A stretch of 64,000 nt of DNA from Bdellovibrionales bacterium (GCA_965203275.1 OZ241865.1:2144001-2208000); one strand, 5' to 3'. Counted from the first letter of the stretch, positions 41,494-51,005 are shown. Notes: generated by a model from the sequence alone, not told the origin. Program-made: numbers and translations.

Positions 41494-41945
41494 ATGAAAC
41501 AAAAAAACATGATCCAAAAATTTTATTAGAACAATATAAGCTTTGCGTTGAAATGGCAGACAGAATCAGTCAAAGAAGACAATCGGCTAATAATTATTGT
41601 TTAAGTGTGAATACGTTTTTATTGTCTTTTTTAGCTTATTTGACTTCTATGGAAGTAAATATTGTTGTAATGATTGTTATTTCTGTGGTTGGTATTTTAC
41701 TTTCTATTCTTTGGTTTTCTTTAATTAAGTCTTATAAAAATCTTAATACTGGTAAGTTTAAGGTGATCATTGAGATGGAAAAGCTACTTGGTGATTATCA
41801 TCCTTACGATAGAGAGTGGGATTTATTAGGACGTGGTGAAGACTCAAAGCTTTATTCTTTATTAACTTACGTTGAATCTAACATACCTTTGCTCTTTGGA
41901 TTTCTCTATATCTTCTTTATTATTTTTAATATTTGTTGCTCTTAA
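41490..41945 (+). CDS. small membrane protein, RipA-family-like (3 predicted TM)
   Basis: LEQYKL.VEMADRISQRRQ.AN, LNTGKF.VI.EME and EW motifs; ATGA overlap with the TIR gene. Confidence 0.7.
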   Translation: MNETKKHDPKILLEQYKLCVEMADRISQRRQSANNYCLSVNTFLLSFLAYLTSMEVNIVVMIVISVVGILLSILWFSLIKSYKNLNTGKFKVIIEMEKLLGDYHPYDREWDLLGRGEDSKLYSLLTYVESNIPLLFGFLYIFFIIFNICCS

Positions 41946-42023
41946 TTTGATGGGTTGTAAATACATCAACATAATAATTTTGAGAAAATATAAAATGAAT
42001 TTTTCTATCCTTGTAGATGATCC

Positions 42024-42194
42024 TTAAAAAGATGAGTATGTGTAAAACTGAACATTGCTATTATCGATTTGTTCCATTAAGTCTTCAACCTCATCATGCA
42101 CTTGTCTTAATCTGCTACACTCTTGTAAAAATGCTTGATTGGGATCCTGCTCTACTATTTTAAAAATATTCTCTTCTAATTTTGATTTGTCCAT
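42024..42194 (-). CDS. small hypothetical protein (56 aa)
   Basis: AAGGA RBS before ATG 42194. Confidence 0.45.
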   Translation of the reverse strand: MDKSKLEENIFKIVEQDPNQAFLQECSRLRQVHDEVEDLMEQIDNSNVQFYTYSSF

Positions 42195-42288
42195 CTGATA
42201 TATCCTTTTTCTAGTTATACTTAGATTATAACACACATATTATATTTTCTCTTAATTAATTTAAAATGCTACAAGTGTTTCATGTCTA

Positions 42289-42573
42289 TTAAGAAGCAGA
42301 TTTTTGTTGAATAGAATCAACACAATGACAAATCTGATCAATGTGAACTTCAAACCTTGAAGGCCATATAAGTCCTCTACCGTAAGAGTCCACAGAAACT
42401 TGATCCCATTCATTTGGATTGGGAAAACAATAAACACTTTCAAATCGAGTTAAATCAGCTATAAAAGTTGTTTGATTAGTTAGTGTTACTTTAATTTTTT
42501 TATATTCAAGTCCTTTAACTTTATCAATATACTTAGAAGTGCTATCTATAATTATTTTATTGGTGCTATCCAT
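42289..42573 (-). CDS. DUF2442-family protein (putative antitoxin)
   Basis: VSVDSYGRGLIWP..FEVHID; overlaps the DUF4160 gene. Confidence 0.75.
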   Translation of the reverse strand: MDSTNKIIIDSTSKYIDKVKGLEYKKIKVTLTNQTTFIADLTRFESVYCFPNPNEWDQVSVDSYGRGLIWPSRFEVHIDQICHCVDSIQQKSAS

Positions 42574-42818
42574 GGGATCTCTTTTCCTATAAAGGCTTGA
42601 GACCAAGCATATTTTAATTCTATTTGTCTTTCTACAGCCCATTCTTTTACAAGTTTTTCTGTTCTTATACTTAATCGGCCAGAGATCAAGTCTCTTTCTA
42701 AAGTAAATGTAGCTTCTTGTCCACTATATCTTGCATGAAAGTGAGGCATATCATGCTTTTGAGTATCCATAAAATACATATAGATAATAATACCAAAAAA
42801 CTCTGATATCCTGAGCAT
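42552..42818 (-). CDS. DUF4160-family protein (putative toxin)
   Basis: ISEFFGIIIYMYF..HDMPHFHARY...LVKEWA...IAPIK. Confidence 0.88.
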   Translation of the reverse strand: MLRISEFFGIIIYMYFMDTQKHDMPHFHARYSGQEATFTLERDLISGRLSIRTEKLVKEWAVERQIELKYAWSQAFIGKEIPWIAPIK

Positions 42819-43056
42819 TTTGCAGTTCCTTATACACTCTTATTAAGTGCAATAATATATTTTATTATGATGATCAATTAAGAGATTGTCCATTTAATTT
42901 TTTATCTTATTACTTCGCCTTTGTAGAAATATTTAGCAGTTTGTGTAATGTGTAGAAGTGGTGCTTTTTCTTATTTTCTAAATCTACTGACTATTGTGTG
43001 AAACTCTGTATTGCTTATTTTGTTTGGCAGAATTATTTCTTTGAAGAAACTGTAAA

Positions 43057-43410
43057 TTAGCCCACCTTGACCTTAACTTTATTCTTAAATGCTTGCCAAA
43101 GATTTGTAGCTTCTTTTGGATGTACTGCTATGAGAATTTCTTTTTTTGATTTTTTGACTTGCTCTTCAAATATCCAATAGAAAGTAGCTAAATCATAACC
43201 AAGTATTTTTGCTGCTTTGTTGATAAAAGTTAAAGAAGGGATAAATTTGTTTTGTTCAATGTCTTTTAATTGCTGTGGTGTCACATTAAGTCGATCTGCC
43301 ATATCTTTTAAGCTTATTTTATCACCACATCTAGCAGCATTTATAGTGCCTCCTATAGTGTGAGGTCCTATTTGTTTTTTTAACCATTTAATCCTTTGTT
43401 CTGTATTCAT
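43057..43410 (-). CDS. XRE HTH antitoxin (HigA-like)
   Basis: SLKDMADRLNVTPQQLKDIEQ HTH; overlaps the toxin gene. Confidence 0.8.
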   Translation of the reverse strand: MNTEQRIKWLKKQIGPHTIGGTINAARCGDKISLKDMADRLNVTPQQLKDIEQNKFIPSLTFINKAAKILGYDLATFYWIFEEQVKKSKKEILIAVHPKEATNLWQAFKNKVKVKVG

Positions 43411-43672
43411 GTTTTGATATCCTTATAATTTTTATTATACCATTATTATAATAATAAATCACTCTGTGTGAATAGTCAAGTGATAGAGATCGGTAATCCT
43501 TCCAACGACCTTTTAATTTATGATCTTTATATCTAGGCATATTTCTGACAGCTTCATATCCTCTTTTTTCAACATCTTCGACAAAAATTAAGAATAACCT
43601 CAAAACTCTTTTTGAAAGTCTTTCTATTTCTTTATTTGCATTATTTGAAAATTCTACAATTGTTTTTTCCAT
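43388..43672 (-). CDS. RelE/HigB-family mRNA interferase toxin
   Basis: DHKLKGRWKDYRSLSLDYSHRVIY and ISKHEY motifs. Confidence 0.85.
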   Translation of the reverse strand: MEKTIVEFSNNANKEIERLSKRVLRLFLIFVEDVEKRGYEAVRNMPRYKDHKLKGRWKDYRSLSLDYSHRVIYYYNNGIIKIIRISKHEYRTKD

Positions 43673-43675
43673 AAC

Positions 43676-43744
43676 AATATTTTTTTGTAGTGATGAGCTT
43701 ATATTGTTGATAGTAGCTATTTCTTACCTTAAAAATTTATTTTT
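43676..43744. repeat. ~70-bp direct repeat, copy 2 (immediately upstream of the toxin gene)
   Basis: Near-identical to 40872-40940. Confidence 0.88.
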
Positions 43745-43825
43745 TACAAAAACTTCACTGATGTTTAAATTCAGAAATCAATAGATGTTATTTTAAATAT
43801 AAAACCTCTGATCAACAAAACAGCT

Positions 43826-44821
43826 TTACTTTTTAGGAGTACTCAACAAAGATTTTGATACTTCTATAACCTGAGATTGTGAAGGGTTTTTTGAATTTTT
43901 CATAAATCCTGTATCTTGTGGGCTAAACATAGCCTTAGTTAATTCTAGCAGGATGGCATTTGCTATTTCCTTCTCAGATTCATTTTCTGTTTCTTTTATC
44001 GCATTTAAAATTTCCTTATGAGAATCTAAAGCATTATGTCTATGTTGATTGAGTATGTATTGATGCCTTTGTGCTAGGTATTCATTTTTCAATACAGATA
44101 TTATTATAAAAATAACAGAAAAGATAAAAATCTTATTTATGAGGTTCCCTTTTATAATTAATTCAGGAATATTATTTACAACCATTTCAGGATCAAACAA
44201 CAAGAAATTCCAAGCTATCAAGCAAACAACGATGGAAAAAATCACTAGAGCTATTCCAAACCGCCGAGAGAGTATTTTATTGCACTTTGCCTCATTTTTA
44301 AAGAACTCCCCATAACGTTTTGCCTCTGCTCTAACTGTTCTTTCTGATAATTCACTTTGTGCTTTTTTTAGTTTCTCTACTTCTTCTTCTATTTCCTTTG
44401 TAGCTTTTTTATATTGCTGAACAACTTCTTTAGATTGCTGAATATCTCTATCAGATATTTCTGATTTTTTATCAGAGCTATATTTTTTTTGAAATTCCAA
44501 TGCTAAAAATATGTGACGATACATTTCGAAAAGAATATTTTTAAACTGAATAATTTGGCTTATTATATTTTCATTTTGACTTGTATCTCTATGGTCTTCA
44601 ATAATTTGCTTGTGATTATTAAAATCGTTAAGTATTTGTTCAAGCTGATGTATTAGTTCATTAGGAATCTCATCCTTGTTTTTGATCACATCGTCAATAG
44701 CATTTTTAATAACGTCTAAGTGAGGTTTTAGCTCTCCTAAATGGTATTCTCCTAGGTCTGGTCTTAAAAGCTTTTCCCATTTTGTTTTTTTGTATTCGTC
44801 AATGTATGTGTCAATGCTCAT
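43826..44821 (-). CDS. coiled-coil protein with two C-terminal TM helices
   Basis: Heptad-rich N-terminus, two hydrophobic segments, NQHRHNAL and DTGF motifs. Confidence 0.75.
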   Translation of the reverse strand: MSIDTYIDEYKKTKWEKLLRPDLGEYHLGELKPHLDVIKNAIDDVIKNKDEIPNELIHQLEQILNDFNNHKQIIEDHRDTSQNENIISQIIQFKNILFEMYRHIFLALEFQKKYSSDKKSEISDRDIQQSKEVVQQYKKATKEIEEEVEKLKKAQSELSERTVRAEAKRYGEFFKNEAKCNKILSRRFGIALVIFSIVVCLIAWNFLLFDPEMVVNNIPELIIKGNLINKIFIFSVIFIIISVLKNEYLAQRHQYILNQHRHNALDSHKEILNAIKETENESEKEIANAILLELTKAMFSPQDTGFMKNSKNPSQSQVIEVSKSLLSTPKK

Positions 44822-44835
44822 TTTGTTTTACCTTG

Positions 44836-45570
44836 CTACTTTTTATAGTTAGAAAATTGCCTATTAATATGTGTATTGCCTAACCAGACATCAGAGATAA
44901 TGCGAGCATCTTGACTACGGCTATGTGGAATCACTTTTACGATATAATCTTTTTTTAGCCATTTTTCAAGCTCTTCTTTTTTTGAGGTTTTTTCATCAAC
45001 GCCTTTAAGACGAATAAACCAAGTGCCTTCCACTTCTAAAACATTTGAACCTATTAATTTTGTAATCTTATAATACCCTGGTTTGAAATTTAATAATGAA
45101 TTCATGTCTTTTTCTCTCTTATATTCCGGACTCAAATTTTCAAAAATTTCTTTAAGACCTGTTTTTGATGCATTTTCAAAATATGTACGAATATTCTCTG
45201 CGTCTTTTATCAAGTATTTTATAGAAAGGTCCTCAATTTCTCCAAAGTCTTTAGTTTCTTGAATTTGATGTATGCATAAGAAAAGGCTTTTAAATAAATT
45301 TCTTGTCTCTAGTATAAAGTCATTAAGCCTTACATGATCTTTTTTGTGCAAATAATAGTTAAACCCATAAGGTTCTTTTAGTAGCATCTTTAAATTATGA
45401 TAGTCTTTTACATTCTTTTTTTCACACACATCTAAAAATTGAGATATTGTCATTTGATTTATATCATTTAATGTTTCTCTAACAGTTGTCGCAGGTCTTT
45501 TTTTCTCTGTGCCATCAGGAACAAATTGTCCTGTCCTAGCATCTCTTGTTCTTTTTGATTGCTTTGCCAT
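44836..45570 (-). CDS. hypothetical protein with C-terminal thermonuclease(SNase)-like domain
   Basis: GGAGG RBS; KITKLIGSNVLEV..IRLKGVD...RIISDVWLG..IN. Confidence 0.6.
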   Translation of the reverse strand: MAKQSKRTRDARTGQFVPDGTEKKRPATTVRETLNDINQMTISQFLDVCEKKNVKDYHNLKMLLKEPYGFNYYLHKKDHVRLNDFILETRNLFKSLFLCIHQIQETKDFGEIEDLSIKYLIKDAENIRTYFENASKTGLKEIFENLSPEYKREKDMNSLLNFKPGYYKITKLIGSNVLEVEGTWFIRLKGVDEKTSKKEELEKWLKKDYIVKVIPHSRSQDARIISDVWLGNTHINRQFSNYKK

Positions 45571-45698
45571 AACAACCTCCTTAAATATATTTTAAATAAT
45601 CTAAATAAATTTTAATTATTAAATAATTATAGTAATAAATTAAGCTTTGTCAAATATTTGTTTAAAAAATTGATAAGTAATCATGTAATTCAAAAGCT

Positions 45699-45915
45699 TC
45701 ATCTATGTTTAAAATCCTTAAGTTTTTGTAGTGGTGGGGAGTAGATGGAGGTGATGGTTGTGTTTATTTTTTGTTTGAAGCATTCAATGAGCTTTTTGTT
45801 GGCCTCGACAAATTGCCTTTCCTCCTCAATCTTACTCACAATCTTTCTTTGGACCTCCAATGGTGGTAATGGAATTTTAATTTTTGAAACATTAGTTTTT
45901 GAAACCTCCTTAAAT
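45699..45915 (-). pseudogene. 3' remnant of an HsdS / fused M-S type I-like gene
   Basis: FKEVSK...KIPLPPLEVQRKIV..IEEERQFVEANKKLIECFKQKI; cut off by the MITE end. Confidence 0.8.
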
Positions 45916-45943
45916 CCTGAGTTTGATAGCCAGCAAAAATAAA
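45916..45943. mobile_element. solo MITE/IS end (inverted)
   Basis: CCTGAGTTTGATAGCCAGCAAAAATAAA matches the reverse complement of the MITE right end with one mismatch. Confidence 0.8.
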
Positions 45944-46031
45944 TTTGAGAGATTTCAATAGGTTATAAGCGGAATAAGATTTTGTGCCACTACAATGTGA
46001 ACTTCAAACTTTTACCAATGGAATTGAAATT

Positions 46032-46673
46032 TTATTTTTCAAGAAAATATTTGTTAAATAAGTCATTAAAAACTTGCTTATGTACTTTTTTAAGTTCCTT
46101 ATCTTTCTCTATTTCAATGGAATATAACTTAATAAAATCATCTGGTTTAGCGACCAATCTTAAATAATATCTCATAGTTTTTATTAATCCATTGCAAATC
46201 AATTGACATCCTGTTTCTCTTTCTATTTGTTTTTTGATTCTGTTGATTTTTCCTTTGTAATCTAGTGTATAGGGATAAGGTTGCTCTAAAGACCTTGTCA
46301 GCCAGCCACTTTCAGCCATTGAAGGCAAGTCTATTTTTTTCAAAACAGGAGTTATGAATTGAGTATCTACAGTTCTGCCTGAAAATCCACCTGCCATACG
46401 AGATTGATGCTTTCTTATATCTTGAGATGAATCATAAATTTTTTGAACAAGCAATGTTATAAGAACACTAAATATCCCTTTTTGATTAAAACTTTCTTTT
46501 GCAATTGTATCTAAATAAGCTTTTTCCTTTTTAGAAAGGTTATTGCAATGTGAGTTGTTTTTCTCTTGATAACACTTTAGAAGTATTTTGTCTTGCGACA
46601 GTTGCTTTTTCATTGTATTTATCCAAAATTTGTAATTTGATCTGTCTTGCCAGTTCATAAACCATTGGTACAC
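46032..46673 (-). pseudogene. putative type II restriction endonuclease, probably internally deleted (true start uncertain)
   Basis: DIRKHQ..GGFSGRTVDT..AESGWLTRSLEQPYPY; coupled to the C5 MTase; no PD-(D/E)xK core visible. Confidence 0.5.
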
Positions 46674-47604
46674 AAACAGAATTTCCTATTTGTTTATAAG
46701 CTTCTGTATTTGATTTATGAATTTTAAAACTATCTGGAAACCCCATAATTCTATAACATTCTCGAAGTGTCAACTTTCTTACTCTATCTTTATCAGGTAG
46801 ACAAATAAAAAACCTTCCTGATATTTCTTGAGAAGGTATTGTAGGATGAACCCCATAGACAGAATATATCCGATTAGGTTGCTTGTGTACTCTTGATAAA
46901 TGTATTGTATTTGGTCGTACGCCTTTTTTGCGAATAGTTTTGTTTCTATAACCTACAAAATAAAGATGAGATTTGGTTTGCTTGATAGGCTTCTTAATAA
47001 GCGTGTAGTCTTTTTTTTCAAGATATTTCATTCTATTATTTTCTTCTTCTAAAAAATATAAAAGAGGTTTGATATGATGTGAGGTTTTGAGTTTTGAAAA
47101 ATTAAAACGATGTTTTCTAGTACCAATAATAATGACTCTTTCTCTATTTTGTGGAACACCATAATTAACAGCATTTTGTAAAGAAAAAGCAACATGATAT
47201 CCTAAATTTTCTAAGGATTCTAAAATAACTTTAAATGTTTGTCCTTTGTTGTGATAGAGTAAGTATTTAACGTTTTCTAATAACACTATTTTGGGTTTCT
47301 TTTTTGCAATAATCTTGCAAATATAGAAAAACATTGTACCTCTTGTATCATTAAACCCATCTCTTCTGCCACAAATACTAAATGGTTGACAAGGGAAGCC
47401 TGCTGTTAAAACGTCATGGTCTGGGATTAAATAAGGATCAATGTTTGCTATATCCCCTTGAGGCCATTCCCCATAATTTTCGAGGTATGATTCCTGACAA
47501 TATTTATTGATTTCACAAGACATAACACATTTGTAACCGCATCTTGTAAAACCTATTCTAAAACCACCAATACCAGCAAATAAATCTATAAATTTATAAT
47601 CCAT
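46540..47604 (-). CDS. DNA (cytosine-5) methyltransferase
   Basis: FAGIGG, GFPCQPFS, ENV, QNRER and QIGNSV motifs. Confidence 0.95.
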   Translation of the reverse strand: MDYKFIDLFAGIGGFRIGFTRCGYKCVMSCEINKYCQESYLENYGEWPQGDIANIDPYLIPDHDVLTAGFPCQPFSICGRRDGFNDTRGTMFFYICKIIAKKKPKIVLLENVKYLLYHNKGQTFKVILESLENLGYHVAFSLQNAVNYGVPQNRERVIIIGTRKHRFNFSKLKTSHHIKPLLYFLEEENNRMKYLEKKDYTLIKKPIKQTKSHLYFVGYRNKTIRKKGVRPNTIHLSRVHKQPNRIYSVYGVHPTIPSQEISGRFFICLPDKDRVRKLTLRECYRIMGFPDSFKIHKSNTEAYKQIGNSVCVPMVYELARQIKLQILDKYNEKATVARQNTSKVLSREKQLTLQ

Positions 47605-47801
47605 TAAACTCTCTCTCCTAAGAGAAAATTATTATTAATAATTACCAAATAACAACATATTTATATTTCATATAGGGTATGTTCTGTTTATTTCAAAATG
47701 AATCTCTATTTAGTTGTTTTTGTTGAATATCCCATTTGTTTTCTAAATATTCATTATAAATCCCCATAAAGAAGCTTGTTTTTGAAATTGAAAAATATTC
47801 T

Positions 47802-48020
47802 TTATTTTCTTCTTGTGTAATTGTGGGAATAGCCAGTAATTGGACCTTTGGTTTTTGGACCTCCGGCATGTTGATTTTTCTTTGTGTTTTCCCACTTTTG
47901 AGCAGCTTTTTGATTTGAAAACGTTTGTTCAATTTTAAAATTTTTCATCCCTGAAAATTCATTTTTTAACTCTTTTTCACGTCTTTCAGGATTATTTGTA
48001 ATTCCATATCTTTTAGGCAC
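47802..48020 (-). CDS. small GIY-YIG-like protein
   Basis: GGAGGTG RBS with GTG start; YGITNNPERRE...AAQKWE. Confidence 0.55.
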   Translation of the reverse strand: MPKRYGITNNPERREKELKNEFSGMKNFKIEQTFSNQKAAQKWENTKKNQHAGGPKTKGPITGYSHNYTRRK

Positions 48021-48117
48021 TTTACACCTCCTTTAAAATTTTAAAATATAGTTTAATAATTTAATTTTGATTAAAAATATAATGTTAGATCCAATTTTGT
48101 CAAGATATTTGAGGTTT

Positions 48118-48232
48118 TTATGCTTCTACAATGGGGGAGTAGATGGAGGTGATGCTTGTGTTTATTTTTTGTTTGAAGCATTCAATGAGCTTTTTGTTGG
48201 ACTCAACAAATTGCCTTTCCTTCTCAATCTTA
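48118..48232 (-). pseudogene. second copy of the HsdS/M-S 3' tail
   Basis: KIEKERQFVESNKKLIECFKQKINTSITSIYSP, near-identical to ~45735-45833. Confidence 0.75.
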
Positions 48233-48394
48233 ACTCTTTTTAATCTCATCAATAATTTAATCTTATAGTCTTGTATGTTACGCAATTTCAAATTGCAATT
48301 TTCATTTGATTTATTTAAGTTTAAATTAAATAAAAGGCTTAACTTTTTTCTAAGCATATTATATTGTAAGAAATAATAATAAAATTAAAGTTTA

Positions 48395-48613
48395 TTGTAC
48401 AAGTTATTTCACATTGATCAAAAAGATCTTTTTGATCCTTCTGTAAATATTGTTGCTGGCATAAGGTGGCTGTTTCGTAAGAAGGAGATTGCAGATGCAA
48501 AATTAGGAGAAGCTTCTTGGATAGAGACTATTATGTTCTATAAAGGCTATCCTACAATGAATGGCAACGGAGTTAGGAATTTTATCCGAGAGTATGAAAA
48601 ATTAAAAAATTAG
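48395..48613 (+). pseudogene. C-terminal fragment of an SLT/lytic transglycosylase-like protein
   Basis: DLFDPSVNIVAGIRWL motif; no convincing start. Confidence 0.55.
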
Positions 48614-48624
48614 GAAGATTAAAA

Positions 48625-49041
48625 ATGCAAAATAAGTTATTGGTTTTTATGTTCGTTTTCTTTTGTTCATTTAATGTCAATGCATTGATTATATCTCATT
48701 GTTTTAATAATCGTTCCATTAAGGTAGAATGTGTAAATTATGATAATGGCAATGCCTCCTTAGGAGGTGAATTTGTGATTAAATCTCAAGGTAAAGACAT
48801 AAAATATGGATTTGGATCCAGAAGAGCCTGGGGGCCGGATTGGTGTCCTTCTGCTTTAAAACAAATCAAGCATGTTATGTCTGCTCCTAGATTTTGTATA
48901 GAAGCCGAAATGGGTGCTATGGCTGATGGTATAGATGATATAGAATTCAGAGACCTACTAATGATAGAAGGTGTTTTTAGTTCAAAAGGTCAGTGGACTT
49001 ATTTCGACGAATATAAACGTCAAGGTGTACAACCTTTATAA
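48625..49041 (+). CDS. secreted Cys-containing hypothetical protein
   Basis: Signal peptide ending VNA; AGGA RBS. Confidence 0.7.
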   Translation: MQNKLLVFMFVFFCSFNVNALIISHCFNNRSIKVECVNYDNGNASLGGEFVIKSQGKDIKYGFGSRRAWGPDWCPSALKQIKHVMSAPRFCIEAEMGAMADGIDDIEFRDLLMIEGVFSSKGQWTYFDEYKRQGVQPL

Positions 49042-49139
49042 TCTTCATTCTGAATGAAGTGATATGCTTTTATTAAAGCGATGATTCAATTAAGATATTG
49101 TTCATTTTTAAGATATAAGATATTTGACTTCTTATAAGG

Positions 49140-49517
49140 TTATAGGAAAATTCTATAATCTGTATTAAAAATTTCTGCTAACTTTTTCGCAAAAGACTTG
49201 TTAATCTTTTTTTCACCTTTTTCAATTTGAGTGATAAAAGAAGGATCAACCTTTAAAATTTTTGCCAACTTTTTTTGAGATAGATTTTTTTCACGTCTTG
49301 AAGCTCTCAAAACGATAGCTTGTTGACTGGTTTCACTGATCAAATCAGTCAAAGCATCTCTCCAGGGAATACTTTCTTCACTTTTATATTCTTCTAACAT
49401 ATCAGACAAGGCTTTTGCCTTTTTCTTTGGAATAAGATATAATTTAGCCTTTTTATTTCCAATCCAAATAGACACTCTTTCGTCTTTAGTAGGGTGCTTT
49501 TTCATGGCTTCCGACAT
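49140..49517 (-). CDS. XRE HTH protein (orphaned antitoxin)
   Basis: GAGG RBS before ATG 49517; LRASRREKNLSQKKLAKIL...ITQIEKG HTH. Confidence 0.85.
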   Translation of the reverse strand: MSEAMKKHPTKDERVSIWIGNKKAKLYLIPKKKAKALSDMLEEYKSEESIPWRDALTDLISETSQQAIVLRASRREKNLSQKKLAKILKVDPSFITQIEKGEKKINKSFAKKLAEIFNTDYRIFL

Positions 49518-49530
49518 AATAAACCTCATT
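49486..49530 (-). pseudogene. C-terminal remnant of a RelE-like toxin
   Basis: An overlapping frame reads NEVYYVGSHEKAPY*, truncated by the MITE. Confidence 0.6.
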
Positions 49531-49721
49531 CCTGAGTTTGACAGTTGATTTGCAAATTTGGGCATTTTCTTTTTTAAGAATGCTTTATTTATAGGCATTA
49601 GAGGGATTTGCAAGCTTGAATTTTTGGGATTTTGTAAAAAATCCTAGTGGCACAAAATCTCTTTCGACTCATAACCTACTGATTTTACTCAACTTTATTT
49701 TTGCAGGCTGTCAAACTCAGG
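49531..49721. mobile_element. MITE copy 2, 191 bp
   Basis: Perfect 14-bp TIR CCTGAGTTTGACAG/CTGTCAAACTCAGG. Confidence 0.88.
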
Positions 49722-49988
49722 ATATATTTTAAGAAAACACAAGATGTTTTTTCAAGATGGCAATTAAAGAAGCTCTAAAAGGCTTAAAATGTAGTGTAAA
49801 TTTTACAAAAAATAATTTATTTGACTCTTTGATGTTTTGATTGTTCTCTCAATATATAAAAAACAAACTATGGACTATCAATAATTTCCACAGAAGAATA
49901 GACTTTTCTTAACTTAATTTTATCAATGCAGAAATAAAACGGACATATTATAAAAATCATAGTAGAAAATAATAAAAGGTATTAATAA

Positions 49989-50972
49989 ATGAAATGCTTA
50001 GTCACAGGTGCTACAGGGTTTGTAGGTCGATACTTAACTAAACTTCTTGTGCAGAAAGGTTATCAAGTTAGGGTTTTTTGCCGGGATACTTCAAAAGCTC
50101 CTCCTCAAACAGAAGCTTATTCAGGAGATATTTGTCAGGTAGACACTCTGATGAAAGCTACCTCTGGTGTAGATATAGTTTATCATCTAGCAGGTTTTAT
50201 AGGCTACTGCCAACACCACCACAAAATTATGCAACAGGTCAATGTGCAAGGCACACAAAATGTGATTGAGGCTTGTACACATCATCGTATTCAAAGACTT
50301 GTTCATATAAGCTCTACGTCGGCAATTGGTGCTTCAATTACTCCAGTCACTCTTAATGAAGATTCTCCTTTTACTATAGCTCACCTGAATATGGGTTACT
50401 TTCAAACTAAAAAACAAGCTGAAGAACTTGTCACAAAACAAGTCAAAAAAGGCAAAATAGATGCTGTCATTCTTAATCCCTCTGCCATTTACGGAGCAGG
50501 AGATATGATCAAAGGAAGTCGTAAAATACAACAACTAGTTGCAAAAGGTTACTGTCCTTTTTACCCTCCAGGAGGTGTGAATGTAGTAGATGTGGAAAGT
50601 GTGGTTAAAGCTATCCACACTGCTACCACTAAAGGTCGTAAAGGTGAAAGATATATTTTATCCGGTGAAAATATGTTCATTAAAGATTTATTTTGTATTA
50701 TTGCAGAGGAATCTGGTTGCACTCCGCCATGGATCCCTCTTTCTAAAAAACTTTTAAAAGCACTTGGAATGCTAGGCAATCAATTAGAAAAAATAAATGA
50801 AAACTTCCCCATCACATCTTCAAATATCTTAATATCTGTGCTTTACCATTGGTTTGATGCAAGTAAGGCAAAGTCAGAATTGAATTTTAAACCTCAAGTT
50901 GCAAGGACAGCTATTCAAAAAAGTATTAAATGGGCTAAAAATAATCTTAAGTTTAATAACTCAAAAATATAA
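49989..50972 (+). CDS. NAD-dependent epimerase/dehydratase (extended SDR, dihydroflavonol-reductase-like)
   Basis: TGATGFVG, HLAG and YFQTK motifs. Confidence 0.9.
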   Translation: MKCLVTGATGFVGRYLTKLLVQKGYQVRVFCRDTSKAPPQTEAYSGDICQVDTLMKATSGVDIVYHLAGFIGYCQHHHKIMQQVNVQGTQNVIEACTHHRIQRLVHISSTSAIGASITPVTLNEDSPFTIAHLNMGYFQTKKQAEELVTKQVKKGKIDAVILNPSAIYGAGDMIKGSRKIQQLVAKGYCPFYPPGGVNVVDVESVVKAIHTATTKGRKGERYILSGENMFIKDLFCIIAEESGCTPPWIPLSKKLLKALGMLGNQLEKINENFPITSSNILISVLYHWFDASKAKSELNFKPQVARTAIQKSIKWAKNNLKFNNSKI

Positions 50973-51005
50973 ACCTCACAAGAGAGTGGGAATGGTATAT
51001 ACAAA

